Part shown: positions 43,193 through 57,102 of the stretch, piece after piece
Position numbering within the stretch: the stretch's first letter is position 1
Layout of the letters: each line of letters starts with the position of its first letter
Source: Yuukianura sp. NJ FZ-2021
Lineage: Eukaryota
Direction: 5' to 3'
DNA length: 64,000 nt
Assembly (NCBI GenBank): GCA_046563655.1
Contig: CM102283.1
Span: 9,734,001-9,798,000 of the forward strand
Position numbers and translations under genes: made by a program
The notes under the pieces: model-generated
The model's database searches: none
The model's input: the letters and a program-made list of their open reading frames with translations, nothing else
Told to the model about the DNA's origin: nothing

Positions 43193-45768
43193 TCAGTTTG
43201 CATTGGCAGAGATGTCTTGTTTGGTAGGAAATAGTTGTAGGATGAGTTTATCCCCAAATGGACTCTTGTACATCACTTCGTTCTGTTCAAATATCCCCTG
43301 TGGAATGCCCAAGTTCACGAGATGAAGTTTAACTGACGGTTCGGTGGGATAAGCCAACGGTAGAGTTGGAGTCACGATGGCCAGTTTCGGTTCAGCCACC
43401 GAAGTGGTTCCCATGAAGTGTTGTCGGTAGCTGGGTTGGAGCGGTGGATCCACCAGAACGACTGGTTTCCCGCTGCAGCATTTGAGAAAAACGGAATTCT
43501 GGATGGTGTTGTCACGATGATCGTGCATTCCACCAATCACGAGATCGATGTGCATCCCTTTCAAATCTGTAAATCACAAAATTGTAACCAACATAGTTGA
43601 CAAAGTGGACATGTTGACATATTTGTTACCTTTTAAGTCTGTGATGACCTTCTGCTTTGTCAACCGATACAACTGGAGTTCGATCGTCAAAAGTGGCAAC
43701 TCGTAGTTCCAGATGTAAACAATCGTCCGAATTCCTTGTGTCGCAAGAATCCTGGCACTGCAAAGTGCAACTGCTCCGTTCCTGTAATTAGATTAACGTT
43801 TAAAATCAATTGATAATCGAAATTAAACAGTGCCTTAACTTACCAATGTGGACCAGCAAAAACTAAAACGGTGGGACGATCTTCCTCTCGTTCTGGACTG
43901 AGCCTGTAGGCGTCCCCAAGCATTGGAATCGCCGTTTGAGCCACAGCTCGTCCCGTGATCTCCACCATTCTAAAAAATTTAATAAAATTTTAATAAATGC
44001 TGACTAAAGTTTTAACAGATTCATGTGATTTTGTGCGAGCGCTTACCTTTCGTGAGTAAAGCCAAAGTTGTGTGCCAGGTTGAGGATTTGACTCCGCGTT
44101 GTTAGTGAAACTGCTGGCACGACCACTCCAGTGTCAGTCACAAACACTTTCACTGGACTTTCTTTTAGCTGAATAGACGAAACATGTCGCTCTGCATAGT
44201 AAGTCGTATCGGACTTTCCGAATTCTGGAGCATGGTGCAGAGCACTCTTCTTCTCTTTTGCAGCAGACTTCTTAGGAGGCGATGAGACAGGAACTGAAAA
44301 AGAACAAAAACTTGATTAATTGATTAACGTTTTAGCAATAGTTAATCAACTTACGTTTCTCAAACATGGCCAAATTCTCCTCGAAATCAAATTCCTGAGC
44401 TTTGATTTCATCTGTTGTCATCTCAAAAGCCGAGTTGGCAGCTACTCCTTTGTCGCCTCCGCCAGTATGCTGCTGAACCTTGGCCACTCCTCCGCTTCGG
44501 TCATTCTTAGCATTTCGTCCTCGGTCACTCTCGATATCTGCGGTAATTGAAGTTGAATTTAGTTAGTTAATTAATTAATTGATTGATTTAAAAATCAAGA
44601 TCCTTACTTTTGTGAAGTAGTAAAGCATGTAATCCATCTGCTTTGGCGTTCGTCTTGTCTCTGCCTGCTCCAGAGTTGTTCGTTGGCTGACTCAGCTGAT
44701 TTTTGTGTGTTGGCAAATAACCTGCCCGACCTAGGAGTTGAGACGGTGCAATTAACTTGTAGAGTGGACTATCCGCAGTGATGTTGGAAACAGTTGCTGC
44801 AGGATCCACATTCTGATCTTGAACTGAGTCTTCTAATGGCTTGATCCTCGGGACGATGGGAACACAGACATTCTGGAACAAAGTGGTCGTTTCCTTTGTC
44901 ATTTGAATTGACTTGGCAGAGAATTCGGCCATGATGGACTCCAAAACTTTACTCTTCGTCGGAGACTTGGACTCGTGATCAAAATACTCCTTTTCCAAAT
45001 CAGATGCTGTGTAGACCACTCTTGCATCGGAGATCTTTGTGTTTTGGCTTATTTTGGCAATTTGACTTCCGCTGGGTTTGGTAGGTGGAGGTCCTTTGCC
45101 CATGGCTCCGCCAAGTGCAGGATTGATGGCATAGAATGGATTGTTGTTGTTCTTGGAATTTCCTGACTTGGGAGATTTGTCTGGCTTCACAAAAGCAGAT
45201 GATTTGGTGTGGCCATGTTGATGTGGAGCAGGTACGTTGACGTTGTTTACTTTCTTGGAAGTACTTCCGCCGACAGGAGGTTTCGGCTTCGAAGTGTTGC
45301 TTTTAGTTAAGTCTCGAACTTGGAGCTCAACGTTTCCTGGAAACTGAATCAAATCAGCATCGACCAATTGGTTGTTGAGACCAGAGTTGGATGCTTGCAG
45401 GGGTTTCTTCGGAGTAGAAGCAAACGCTGATTCCACTTGGGCTGGAACTGTATTAAACATCTTATCTTCTTCATCAAAGGATGGCTCAGGCTCTATCTTT
45501 CCACACACTGTGAGATCAAGTATCACGGCAGAACTGCAAAATATAAAGATAGTAAACCACTTGTGTCTCAAATGTTTAAATTGTCTTACTTGAGAACATA
45601 TCCGTCGTCAACGATCGTGCCGTTGATCATGACGTCGTCCAGAGTAATGGTTTGTCTCTTCTGGTCGATATTTCTGACTGTCCCAATGATGGCCTTGGAT
45701 GCCCCATCAGCCGCAGACGGCTGAGTCCTTATGTTCAGTATGCACCCAACAAATTCTTCGGGTTCCAT
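43193..45768 (-). CDS. Edc3: Enhancer of mRNA decapping 3 (Lsm, FDF and YjeF-N domains)
   Basis: Lsm-like N-terminus FVGCILNI...GTVRNIDQKRQTITLDDV, EFDFEENLAMFEK (FDF), and YjeF-like MVEITGRAVAQ...AGPH...ARILATQGI...LVNLGIP...YKSPFGDK. Confidence 0.85.
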
Positions 45769-47152
45769 CTTTCGTCTTACTCTGTCCTAAATACAAATAC
45801 CAATTAAATTAACATTAATTACACAATTTAGTTCAAATAGAAGTTAACTAACGTTAGGTTCCGTTCAAGCGGAGGTTTTCTGACGGTCTCGGTGTCGATG
45901 ATCTTCAAAGATTGAAAGTTCTGTTTTATCTTCTGTGCTGATTGCAATTTGTAACAGTTCTTCGTTCTTCCTTCCAGTGGACTATCACTTCGCAAATTGA
46001 TGACTAATTGAATTGGACAACGAAATTGCAACGTCGTCGATAAACGTAAACCGTTCACGCGAAATAACATAACTTTCATAAAAAAATGAAACTTTCTCTA
46101 AACTTTTTTATGTTTTGAATTTGAATTTTTGCGGTCCGACTAACAGTTTCACACAACCGCCAATCACCACCTTAGTTTTGATTTGCCCTCAACAGATGGC
46201 AGCACAAGCATCAAAAAAATTTTGAAACGACGCTTGTCAAGAATTAATTTTCAAAAATTTGAAATTTCATGTTAACTATTATAATTTGGAAGTTTTTGAT
46301 GTTGATAGAAGTATTTTATTCATCTCAGATACTTTTTTTTAAACCTTTTCAACTGAAAACATAAAAATTTCACACTTGGGTGGTACACATTTGGAGGAAC
46401 AAAGTGTTGCAAATATTTTAGTGTAAACAAATACTTAAATGACTTTAAATTTTACATCTGCTCATCCTCTTTCCATTTGGTGTGTTTCTGATGCTTCAAA
46501 TAAGGTTAAATTTTAGAATTAGATTCAGATTTTAGTTGGCAAATGTTAAAAGGAAGTCGGTTCCGGAAAAGTGGCTTGGGAAGATCCAAAGTCGCATCTC
46601 GATTCATTTCACTTCTATTTTGAGCATACGAACTAACTTTCCTTTCCAAGATTTAAGCAAGGCGGAATCCATCATTTCCTCTCCCTCGGTAGTGTTTAGA
46701 ACAAGATTCTAATTTTTAATTCGTTCTTGAAAGTAAGACAAGAGATAGTGGAAGATGAAGGACGCTGTTTCAAGGAAATCGGAGTTGGCAAGGCTCATTC
46801 TGTTGTGTCATGTCTGTTCCTTTGGATTATGCAAACTCATAGTAATTTCTTGATCAGAGATTTGACTCACGCGTCGCTTAATTAAAGATCTTCAAAGTTT
46901 AAAAGGAGCCACAAGGCGGGTAGTTTCATCTCTCTTTTTGCATCTCTCGGATTTAGAACAGCCTAAAAACAAACGCCACATTCCTGTCTAAACGCAGTTT
47001 TCATTTGAACGCCAGCTGAACATTTACTCGTTTTTATTCTAGTTCAAAACAGCCACTTCTGTTGTTCCACTTATTTTAATTTTCTGTTCAAACAAAAGTT
47101 TCAAAAGCGGAATTCAAGTTTCAAGTTTTTCAAGTTTTTGAAGATTCCGAGT

Positions 47153-48046
47153 ATGGCTCACCACCAAATCCAGGTTGAAGGGAAAGTAAAACGCGGAAAA
47201 TGCGGTAAGTTCAGCAGACCTTAGTTTTCAAATTTTTCCAATTTTTGTGAAAATGTGAAATTTCTTTGAAATTTTTGTGAAAATAGTACTGCTTTTTTAA
47301 ATTGAAGGTGAATGTAATGTGTTTACAATTACTCCGAAGACTGACTTTGACAATGCCCTTGGGAACATTACGGTATCGTTTGACGGCCCTTCTAAGCCCA
47401 GAATGGAATTTGAGTATGAAAGTGGGAAAGTGATTGTCAAATATTGGCCAGAACTCCCTGGAGATTATAGACTGGAGATCATGAAGGGAGGATATGATAT
47501 TCCAGGGAGTCCCTTCAAATGTGTTGTTGCCCCTAGCAACAAACCAGAACCTGGCAAAATCAAAGTCCATGGAGACGGATTGACCAAAGCCAAACAAAGT
47601 ACTGGCAACATCGTCATAGTCGATGTCACAGAAGCACACATCGTCGGTAAGAAAAAAAATGAAGAAGGACCGGTAATTTAAATGAACTAGAATGAAACTT
47701 CGCAACTTTTGTTGAATTTTTTCAAAATTTAGGAGTGAGTTTGAAGGCCTACATGTCAGGAAAAACTTTTCCGATGCGAAAGTTTGGCAAACCGGACGTT
47801 TACGTTTCTGAAGACACGCCGGGGGAGCATACGGTCAAATTCGTTCCAAAATTTGCGGGAACGTACAAATTGTTTTTGGAATTTGACAAAATCACGGTCC
47901 CCGGAAGTCCATTTTCAATCAACGTTGAAGATCCCGCAGCTCCAAACAAAGTCGAAAATTGGCCAGTTAAACACAAACCGAAAAAAGTGCTTTTCAGTAC
48001 GCCAAGAGCCCAGCAAGTTTCCATAGTCGTCACACCTTGTCAGTAA
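47153..48046 (+). CDS. Short protein with two filamin/ABP280 Ig-like repeats
   Basis: ITVSFDGPSKP...VKYWPELPGDYRLEIMKGGYDIPGSPFKC, IKVHGDGL, and HTVKFVPKFAGTYKL...VPGSPFSINV. Confidence 0.82.
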
Positions 48047-49081
48047 AAAAAACGAAAATTTCACAAATTACTAAAAAGTGCACTAAATTTCAAAATGTCT
48101 TCCGTTCCTCCTTTAATTACAACTTAAAAGTAGCGTCTATTTCCCTATTTTCCGTCTGTCTCCCATGAAATCGTCAAAAGTCAAATAAAAACAAAAAGTG
48201 AAACCCAAGTAAAATTAATTGTCACTTTTTGACAGCACAAACAGTACAAAAGTTTAGTTTGCCAAAATAGAAGTAACGCCAAAATTCAACAGTCATTCAT
48301 CACTGACTTTAGCGTCTTATCCACCCTTTTTATCTGATTGTCTAAAATAAGTTATACTTAAAAATACATTAAAATATATTTTACATTATTAAAATAGATT
48401 TAAGTAGCAGTAGAAAGCGAGACAAAAAAGCAGGAAATTAAGTCAAAGTTGTTTTGTGAAGATTCGCATTCCGTTCATAAATTTCCTGTCAGTCACTCCA
48501 CTTTTTAACAAAAGTTTTGCATCTTCTTCCCAAAGCAAAAGAGGAAGAGCATTGCATACTTAATGGCTTTGAAGATCAGATTACACTTTAGTTGCACAAG
48601 AAATAAAGATGAGCATGAGAAGATCATTTTTTTCAATTTTTTTAAAGTTACAACTTTGAAATGGATCTGCATTCTTGTGCAACTTTTTTTGCTTTGACTG
48701 GGTTACTAGGGACGTTTTAATTTTTGAATTTTGAAGATGGAGATGTTCACAATGGAATGTGGGCGTGTAGTTGTTGAAGATGGAGACAAAATGCAATTTG
48801 AATTTAAATTTGTTTGATGATGCGCAGAGAAGTTTTGGTGAAGGAAATGAAATCGAGAAGAAGATGATGCGATTAGGAGGTTGTTTTGAAATGGAAAATA
48901 AAAGTGAGCGTGTGAATTCATCTTCGTCTTTTGTCTTTTCCAAAGTGGGGCCTTAGAAATTTCTTTCGTCAGTCTCCTCCCAACGTCCAAACTTAGCACA
49001 ACTGAGGCACTTTCATTCAAAAGTCAACGTCTATTGTTTGTCACTACAAAAAAAGTCAGCGGAACAAAACGGAAAGTTAAA

Positions 49082-50895
49082 ATGAAGATTTCACCAGGCA
49101 TTGGACTGTCAGCGGCACTTTTCGCAGGTTTGTTAAAATTTAAAAAAAAACGATTTTTCAACCTGTCAGGCTCACTTTTCCGTCAAATTCTTCTAGATTT
49201 GTAGATTGAGCTTTCTAATTTTAGCTTTTTAGACTTCACAACTTCCGTAAATCAACATTCTCCATAATTTTTTGAAAGTTCAAATCTACAAATTCAAAAT
49301 AATTTTGAAATTTGTAAATTTTGTAACACAAAACCGGGTGTGGTTGGGGGTAAAGGAACTGTTGCAAAATGTTTATGGAAATGATTTGTTGTTGCGTGTG
49401 AGATTTTGCAAGATTGTGAATAATCGTAGGCGCACCTCAAACGAGGTCACAGTTAAACAATTAATCAGCACAAATTGTACAATTCTGTGTGCATGCTTTC
49501 AAAAATTGTTGGTCATTAAATTTTAGACTTTTCAAATTTAAAGTCAATTGAGCAATAGGCTGTAGAAAAAGCTACGTGCTCACAGGCGCATTCCCTCGAA
49601 TTCAAAATGGCAGCCTTCACACGCTCCCTTTCACACTTTCACTTTGAGCAACTCCAAATTACAAACCACTCAAATGCAACTTCATTAAAAATTCCAATGT
49701 GAAATTGTCACAAATGCAGTTTCCGGTTGACCAAAAGTTGTCACCATTGCTCAATTACGTGTAATTACCTGTAATTATGTAATTAGAAGTAATTAAGTAA
49801 TTACTTGCTCTTTTAGTGTTGATGGTGGTGACTTCCGCCCAAACACAGGCGAGTAACAAGAGACAACAAGATCAGATCAATCCATGTGATTTAAAAGGGA
49901 AGATTGCCAGTGACATTACGTATTGCGACAGATACTGGGAATGCGTCTCTGGAAAACCAGAACTCTACGACTGTCCAAACGGACTTGCTTTTGCCGGCAA
50001 AAATCGGGGTGTTGCTGATGGTAAAATTTCAACAAAAAAAGTCAAAATTTCAAAAAATTTTAGCAAAATTTTTCAAAATTTTGAACAGGTTGTGACTACC
50101 CATGGCGTGGAAACTACTGTGAAGGCAAACAACTAGCAAGTGAGTTCTGCAACTTAAAAGGACCCTGGACTTGCAAAATTTGCTCCAGATGACAAATTTT
50201 CCTAAAATTTGTCATCTTGGACAAATTTTGAATTTTAACTTCTTTTTTTTAAAATTTTGTTTTTCAAAAATTTAAAAGATCCCGCTATTTCGACGGAGCA
50301 CTGTGATTGGCTGTACGGCATTTTTGGGCACGAGACGAGCTGTACGCGTTACTGGACATGCTGGAACGGAACTGCCACGGAGCAACTCTGTATTGGTGGA
50401 TTGCTGTACAATGAGGAAACACATAGTTGTGACTGGCCTGAAATGGTCGCCGGCTGTCAAAAACATCGTAAGACTCCAAAAATTTCAAAATTTCAAAAAC
50501 CTTTAAGATTTAAAATTTCGACTTTTGTTTAATTTTTAGCACTGTGCAAGGACGATCCCAACGGAAACGTTCCTTTAGGGAAATCCTGTAACCGCTACTG
50601 GAACTGCCAAGGTGGCTACCCGAGACTCCAGCGATGTCCAGCCATGCTGGTTTTTGACAAGCGTTCTCTGCGTTGCGTCGTTCCACCAACTGAAGACTGC
50701 GACATTCCATCCACGACACTTCCACCACAAGAAGAATCCGAAGAAGAAGAGAAACCTGTGCAGAGACCAAACCAGCCCAGACCTGCGCAGACGCAACAAC
50801 GTCCAGCACAACTCCAGCAACAGCAACGTCCAGCCAATCAAAACTTCGCTCCAGCTCAACCGCTCTTTTCAAATTCAAACAACGTGGGACAGTGA
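49082..50895 (+). CDS. Obstructor/CPAP3 chitin-binding protein (3 x ChtBD2), CPAP3-D2-like
   Basis: Signal peptide, then CDRYWEC, HCDWLYGIFGHETSCTRYWTCWNGTATEQLCIGGLLYN and CNRYWNCQGGYPRLQRCPAMLVFD, with a Q-rich tail. Confidence 0.88.
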
Positions 50896-51202
50896 ACTTT
50901 TCAAAATTGAAATATTTATGAAAAATGCAAAAACCTCATTCAGTTTTTACAAATTAGACAAAAGTGCTAGAGGGAATTTTAGTCTTAAACAAATTGTCTT
51001 CTGCTTAGAAAATTTAAGTGCTGTTGTTTCTATTTTTAAGATGGAAAAAGTGAGCATGCTTTTATTTTTTAGTCAAAAATGTCTTCTCTTTTTAGAAAAA
51101 TAAAAATCCAGTTTTTGTTTTTAAGAATAACTTCTAAATCGAGTGCAAATCGAAGTTTAAATTTAAATGATTTTTTAATCGAATATTCTGCAGTTTCCAG
51201 TT

Positions 51203-52489
51203 TCAAAACTTGACATTTCCGCTGGAATTCAAAAAAATGGAAGCGTTAACATTGTGATCCTTTCATATCGTTTTAGAATTGAAAGGTTTCAAAAAGTTTT
51301 AAATTTTTTTTTTAAATTTTGTGTTACCATGCAGTGCGAACATCAGCAGGATCTTCGCAAGTGAGTGAAGCTTCGTTGAAAACTGCTCCGTCGCCACATG
51401 AGATGAGTCGTGGGTAGCCATTAACACAAGTGATGAGACGGTGACAGTCGCCAATGGAAAAACGCGGGAATGGCCAAAACTTGTAGGCTGGGCTACTCGG
51501 CTCAACTTTGTCCGGACATCGGAATCCTACCACCTCTGTTTCAAAAAATGTTTTACAAAACCAAAATTTTGAAAAGTTTTGAAAATATGAAAAAGTGAAG
51601 TTACGTTCTGGATCACAAACTCCAAGAAGCAAATCTGGCCAATTGCAGACATAATTTTTTTCGTCATAAGCGAGACCCGGGTCACATTGAGTGACATAGG
51701 GAACGCCATAAGCACATTTCACATAGTTAGTGTCACATTTTCCAGGATGTGTGGGATAAATTCCAAACTGATACTCACATCCTGGAGACGAGATCGGAGC
51801 AACTGGAAAAATTTGAATCCAAAATTACTTTTCAAAAAGTTCAGTTTCAAAATTCAAAATTTTGTTGTTTTAATAGTTTGTAGTACTGTCGTTAATCCGT
51901 TTGTCACATTGGACTGCCCAGTTGTAATTGCAGTGATTGTGTACTGCTCCTTTTCCATCAAAAAGCAACCCGTTTTCACAAGTTTCCAAAGTCAAAGTTC
52001 CATTTTCACCTGAAAATTTTAAATTTTGAAATTATTTTAATTTACAATTGTGTAAAAATTTTGAAATTTTGAAATTCTTACACTTGTAAAACTTGTAACA
52101 AAATTCTGGATGTGGATGGACAGCCAAACCATAAACGTCGGGGCAATGTGGAACTCCAGCATGCTCTTGAGCCTGAGCTGTAAAAACCACAAATTTCAGA
52201 ATTCAACAACTCGAAAAAACAGAATTTCAAAAATTTAAAAATTCAAAAACTTGAAAATCACAAATATTTATGAAACCGTACTAGGTTAGGTCACTTTTTG
52301 CGTAACTTTTGATAACTTGTTAGTTGGGGGTGAAGTACCTGAGGGCCTTTTAAATTTGCATTCAAGATGCAAAGTGCTAAAAATTAAAATTGTTAAAAGT
52401 TGGTGCGTTGCAACAGAGCTTTGCTTACCTCCTGCAAAGTAGGCGGCAGCAACTACTGCCACAATCCAAAATGGCTTCTTGTCACCCAT
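51203..52489 (-). CDS. Obstructor/CPAP3 protein, Peritrophin-A/obst-D (CPAP3-D1)-like
   Basis: CENGTLTLETCENGLLFDGKGAVHNHCNYNWAV, CEYQFGIY, and KFWPFPRF...CVNGYPRLISCG. Confidence 0.88.
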
Positions 52490-53104
52490 TCTACTCGTTT
52501 TGCAACAATGGACTTATTGTTGGACACAAAGAGTTACCTAGTTGGCACATGGACACACGACCTACTGAACACACAAATTAAAAAGTCCAAGCCACTTTGA
52601 ATCCACAAATTCAACACCTCCCAAGTCCACTCCCTAACTTCTTAGGGGATTCAAAACCCCCTTTCAACATTTAACAAACAACAACAACTGCCAAGTGACC
52701 TCACCCCATCTACAAGTGACCTTGCACAAATTTTAGGCCTCATTTGCTCAAAATTTGTCTTAAACCCTCTAAATTTTTACAAGATTTGACAAAATTTTGA
52801 ATAGATTTTGCCGAAATTTGATGAAAGTGAAATCTACTTTTAAATTTCTTTGGCCCCCATAATTAATCTAGCAGAACTTTTTGAAATTTTTGCCAAATTC
52901 TTATTTTCTATTTATACTTTTCTCATATCACCACTAAGAGAAATTTGTTCACAAACCGAGACATTTAACTCAATAAATTTCGGAACAAATTTTTAAACTT
53001 TCGATAAAATTTTATTAAAAGTAAACTGTTTTTATTTTGTATAAAAAATATTTGATAGAATTAAGTTTTAGTGAGATGGTTTTCCTTTTAAAATTGTTGA
53101 GCCT

Positions 53105-54447
53105 TTAGTTTTGTTGTTCATCGAACCACTTCTCACTGTAAAAAAATAATTGTTGGTTAACTTTTAATTGTGATTAATTGCAACTAAAAAGTAGGAACTT
53201 TATGTTTTGAGAGGCACAAAAGTTACTTCATTCGACCTCAGAGCCACACCCAGACATTATGCCACCAGAATAAATTTGTAAACTCGTTTGGTTACTCTGG
53301 TGTAACAATATTTTCCCGAGGGCAGATGAAGTAACTTTAGTTAAGTAATTAATATGTTAATTAATGAAAGTTAATTGTGATTAAGTTACCATCCAGGAGT
53401 GTTTTCTGGATCTTCACACTTGAGATTAGCCTCGTGGTACACTGTGCCTGCTGGACATGAACCGAGTTGGGGTTGAACACCGTTCCGACAAATGTAGAAC
53501 TTCTGACAGTCTTCTGGGTGGGGATAAGTGGGGTGCGGCAGGGGGCGACCATTCCCCCCAAGCACTTCCTCAGTCGGACATGAAAAACCGTCAGCCAATT
53601 TCTCTGTTTCAACATTTCCAAAAAATTAAAATTTTGAAATTCTGTAATAATTTGAATCGTTAAAGTCCTTACCTCGTTTGATGTTCTCCTTTTCACATCC
53701 TGGTCTCTCTGCATCCTGAGCCCAAGTACAAGTTCCCTTGTAGTCGTCGTAAATCAAACCACTGGGACATGGAATCACAGTCGCCACACCATCAGAACAA
53801 CTGTAGAATCTGAAATTTCGAAAAATTTCAAAATTTCGACACTTCAAAAATCAATTTAATAAAAGAACTCTCGAATTTTTGTTCAGTAAGTACCGGTCGC
53901 AAACAGAAGGATCTTCGTGTGAAAAGTAGCCGTTTTTTCTTGGACATTGGACACTGGACTGGGCGGGTTCTAAAAATATTTCCATAAAAAATGTTTACAA
54001 TTCGAAAAAAAAAATTGAAAAAATTACATTTTTTTTAAAAATTGAAATATTTACGCAATTCTGTTCTCTCTCCACAGTCGACGTTGAATGGACTGTCGCA
54101 TTTGATAGTAAGGACGCTCTTTGAGTCAAACAGAAGTCCATCGGGACACATCTTCTTCTCAGCCACATCGTCCTAAATTATTATACATTTATATATTTAT
54201 ATAAATTATATTATATAATTATATATTTTAAAGAGTGTTACTATGCAGACGTAGTAGGCGTCACACTGCTTCTTGTCTGGGAAGTATCCGTTTTTCTCGG
54301 GACATTGGAAGCCCAGTGCCAGTCCCACTGTTGAAATTCAATTGTAATTACATAATTACGTAATTAAATGTGTAATTACACAAGTAATTGTGGTAATTAC
54401 TCACCGAGGGCAGTAATTGTTAAGATTGTTAGGCTATTGTATCCCAT
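53105..54447 (-). CDS. Obstructor-A-like (CPAP3-A) chitin-binding protein
   Basis: FQCPEKNGYFPDKKQCDAYY, CPDGLLF, CPRKNGYFSHEDPSVCD, and GRPLPHPTYPHPEDCQKFYICRNG. Confidence 0.85.
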
Positions 54448-54795
54448 GATGCGGAGTTGAAGATGCGTTGGGGATGAGAGTAGGCTTTGAACTGAGCAAC
54501 TACGAACCCACTCACTCACTTATTCTCCCTTTGAAATTGGAATTTGACAAGAGAAATTCCCATTTCACAATCCACTCAAATGGAAAGTAACACGCAGGCC
54601 AAACCTACTCAAAAATATTACTTCTTTTCTTAGATTTTGAGTTGTCAAAACAGGTCAAGGAAAATCCTATTTTTAAATCAGGTTTTCAAAATTATGAAAA
54701 AAAAAGGAAAAAAGGAAAGAGAAAGTGTGGAAAAACTCCAAGTGCTTTTATTTTTAGACGATTTCAAAAACAAGATCTGGAGAGTAACAGAAATT

Positions 54796-56369
54796 TTATT
54801 CTTCAAAATTTCGTTGTTGTTGTTGTTGTTGAGGTCGTTTGAGTTTCCTGCGTGTTCCGGTGGGGCCTGGGGGTGGGCGTGGCTTTGGCGTTGTGCGAAT
54901 TTCGCCATCTTCGTCATAATCCAGGATTCCCTTGTACCAGTCTTTGCTGTTAAATTTCACAATTTTGAAAATTTAAAAAGTTAAATTCTTTAAAATTTCT
55001 AGAAAGTAATTTTTTTAGACAAACCATTCAGGAACATTTTTGGGCGAGTCACACTGTCCAGTCTTTTCATTGAAAACCGTTCCTAAAGAACAGCCATTTT
55101 TGCGTGGAATTCTGGAGTCGACGCAGACATAGAAAGATTGGCAGTCCTGCGTACAAAAGAAAAAGAATTTTAAAAAAATCTTCTTCTTTCAGATTTTTTC
55201 AGAAATTTTTTACTTTTGGATCAGCGTATCTCGGATGAATGTTTTTGCCTGCTTCAGGCTCTCCTTCCACTTTCGGACAATCAAATTCAAAAATTTCTGA
55301 AACAGAGTCAATTGAAATCAAAATTTTAACGAAAAACGAAATTCATTTTTGATTGGTTGCATAATGCATGGCTGTTCGCACGGACTCTCTCTTTTGTAGT
55401 CTATTAAAAGAACCAATTCCCATGATTTCTATTATTGGCAACCAAAGGAAATCTCTCGTATGAAACATTGGCAAAAATTTCTCAAGGAAATCAATTGTAT
55501 TACGTGTGAATTTTCTCAAATCCAAAATTTTTTTAAATTTTATGAAATTTTCTTACCGCTCGAACTGCAGTGTTGCTTTTTAGCTTGGTCTGGCCAGGTA
55601 CATGTTCCAGTCTTGTCACTAAACACGAGTCCAGCAGGACAAGTGATGGCATTGTACGATCCGTCTGTTTTAAAAAAAATTTTGAATTTGCAGTTACTAA
55701 AAAGTGAATTTTATTGTTTTACTAAAAAGTGAATTTTATTGTTTTTTCAAAATATTTACCAACACAGAAGAAAAATTTATCGCAGACTTTTGGATCTTCA
55801 TGGGCAAAGTACCCGTTTTTCCTTGGACAGTTCAGACTTGGCTGTGGAGTTTCTAAAACACAAGCAAAAACTCAAAATTGGAAACCCAAATTTTTAATTT
55901 TTAAAAGAATTATGAGTTACGTCTTCCTGGTCGTCCCGTGCAGTCAATGGCATGTGCAAATTCGCATTTCTCAATGTCTGGACCAGCATCAATGAAAACT
56001 AAACCATCAGCACACAACTTGGGTGTGGCTATCTGCAAATGCCAAAAAACTTTTTTAAAAAAAATTCCAAAATTTAAAACTTTGTCACTTTTTACCCCAT
56101 TTTCGCACTTGTAGTACTTGTCACACTGTTCTGCATCTGCAAAGAATCCAAATGGTTCTGGACATTCAGTTGACACAGACTTAGGGGCAGAGGTCACCAC
56201 TCCTTGTTGGTTCGGTCTCTTGCGCCTTTGTTGCTGCTGTCCTTCTGCAACTAAAAACAACAAATTCAACATGTTAAATTATCCACAACTAAACTGTTTA
56301 TATTGTATTAAACTCACAAAAAATGAAGTTTAGACCAAGGACCAGAATTGGCAAAAAGTGAATCTTCAT
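54796..56369 (-). CDS. Obstructor-B-like (CPAP3-B) chitin-binding protein
   Basis: Signal MKIHFLPILVLGLNFIF, then CPEPFGFFADAEQCDKYYKC, CPRKNGYFAHED, NAITCPAGLVF and HPRYADP. Confidence 0.87.
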
Positions 56370-56902
56370 TTCCGATTAGTTTTGTATTTGAAACTCGTAA
56401 GATGTCAATTCTTTTGCCAATTTTTGTGAGTGGCAGGGGATGTTGACCTCTTGAGGCGTTGTGCCAAATTGAAACTGTTTGTTGCAGGAAGCACAATTTA
56501 GCAACTCAAAACTGCACTTCTGCATCTGAGAGGAGAGAAACACCTTGAAAAATCAACCCCCACCCCTAGCAACTGCCTCTGCACAACCAAATGCCACTGA
56601 AACAACTTTTGTTCAACAAGCATTTGTTCAAAATGGAAATTAAAAGTTTCGAACATTCCCTGCAATCCAATCATGAAGAAATTACTGAATGAACGTAAAT
56701 GAATTAATGGATTAATTCAAGTAAAGTTGATTTCCTTGTCAGTTTAGCAATTAACACAAAGGTCAAACATTTGTAAAGTGACCTCAACTTGACTAATTTT
56801 GATCAATTGCTTTGACCTCCATGTCATGACGTGCATGTCAACATTTTTAGCTTACTTTAAAGAAGTTAAAAATGATTTTTTGTTTTTGAAATTTTAAGTT
56901 CT

Positions 56903-56916
56903 GTAACCATGGCAAC
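56903..56916. promoter_or_regulatory. RFX X-box
   Basis: GTAACCATGGCAAC fits the X-box consensus and lies ~190 bp upstream of the RIB43A-like ATG. Confidence 0.7.
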
Positions 56917-57102
56917 CCAAGTCTTGTGGCTTTGTTTAAAATTGAAAACTTTGTTGGATCGAACTTTCTACTTTCTTCTTTGATCACTATCGACCTTGGA
57001 TCTTTTTGACCGATTGTGATTTCATGCTCTTCCTCCACTTTGCATTCTGACAGCAAATTTTGGAAACTTTTTGAACATTTTGGTAAGTTTGAAAAAGTGA
57101 AA

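Noticed and set aside
46188..46204. CTCF-like motif TCAACAGATGGCAGCA between Edc3 and the filamin-like gene
   Set aside because: It is a single degenerate match and cannot be supported without a PWM scan or ChIP.
48581..49020. Overlapping 60-120 aa ORFs upstream of the CPAP3-D2-like gene
   Set aside because: They show low-complexity AT-rich translation with no domain or splice support, and are probably promoter DNA. The same applies to most antisense ORFs overlapping real exons.
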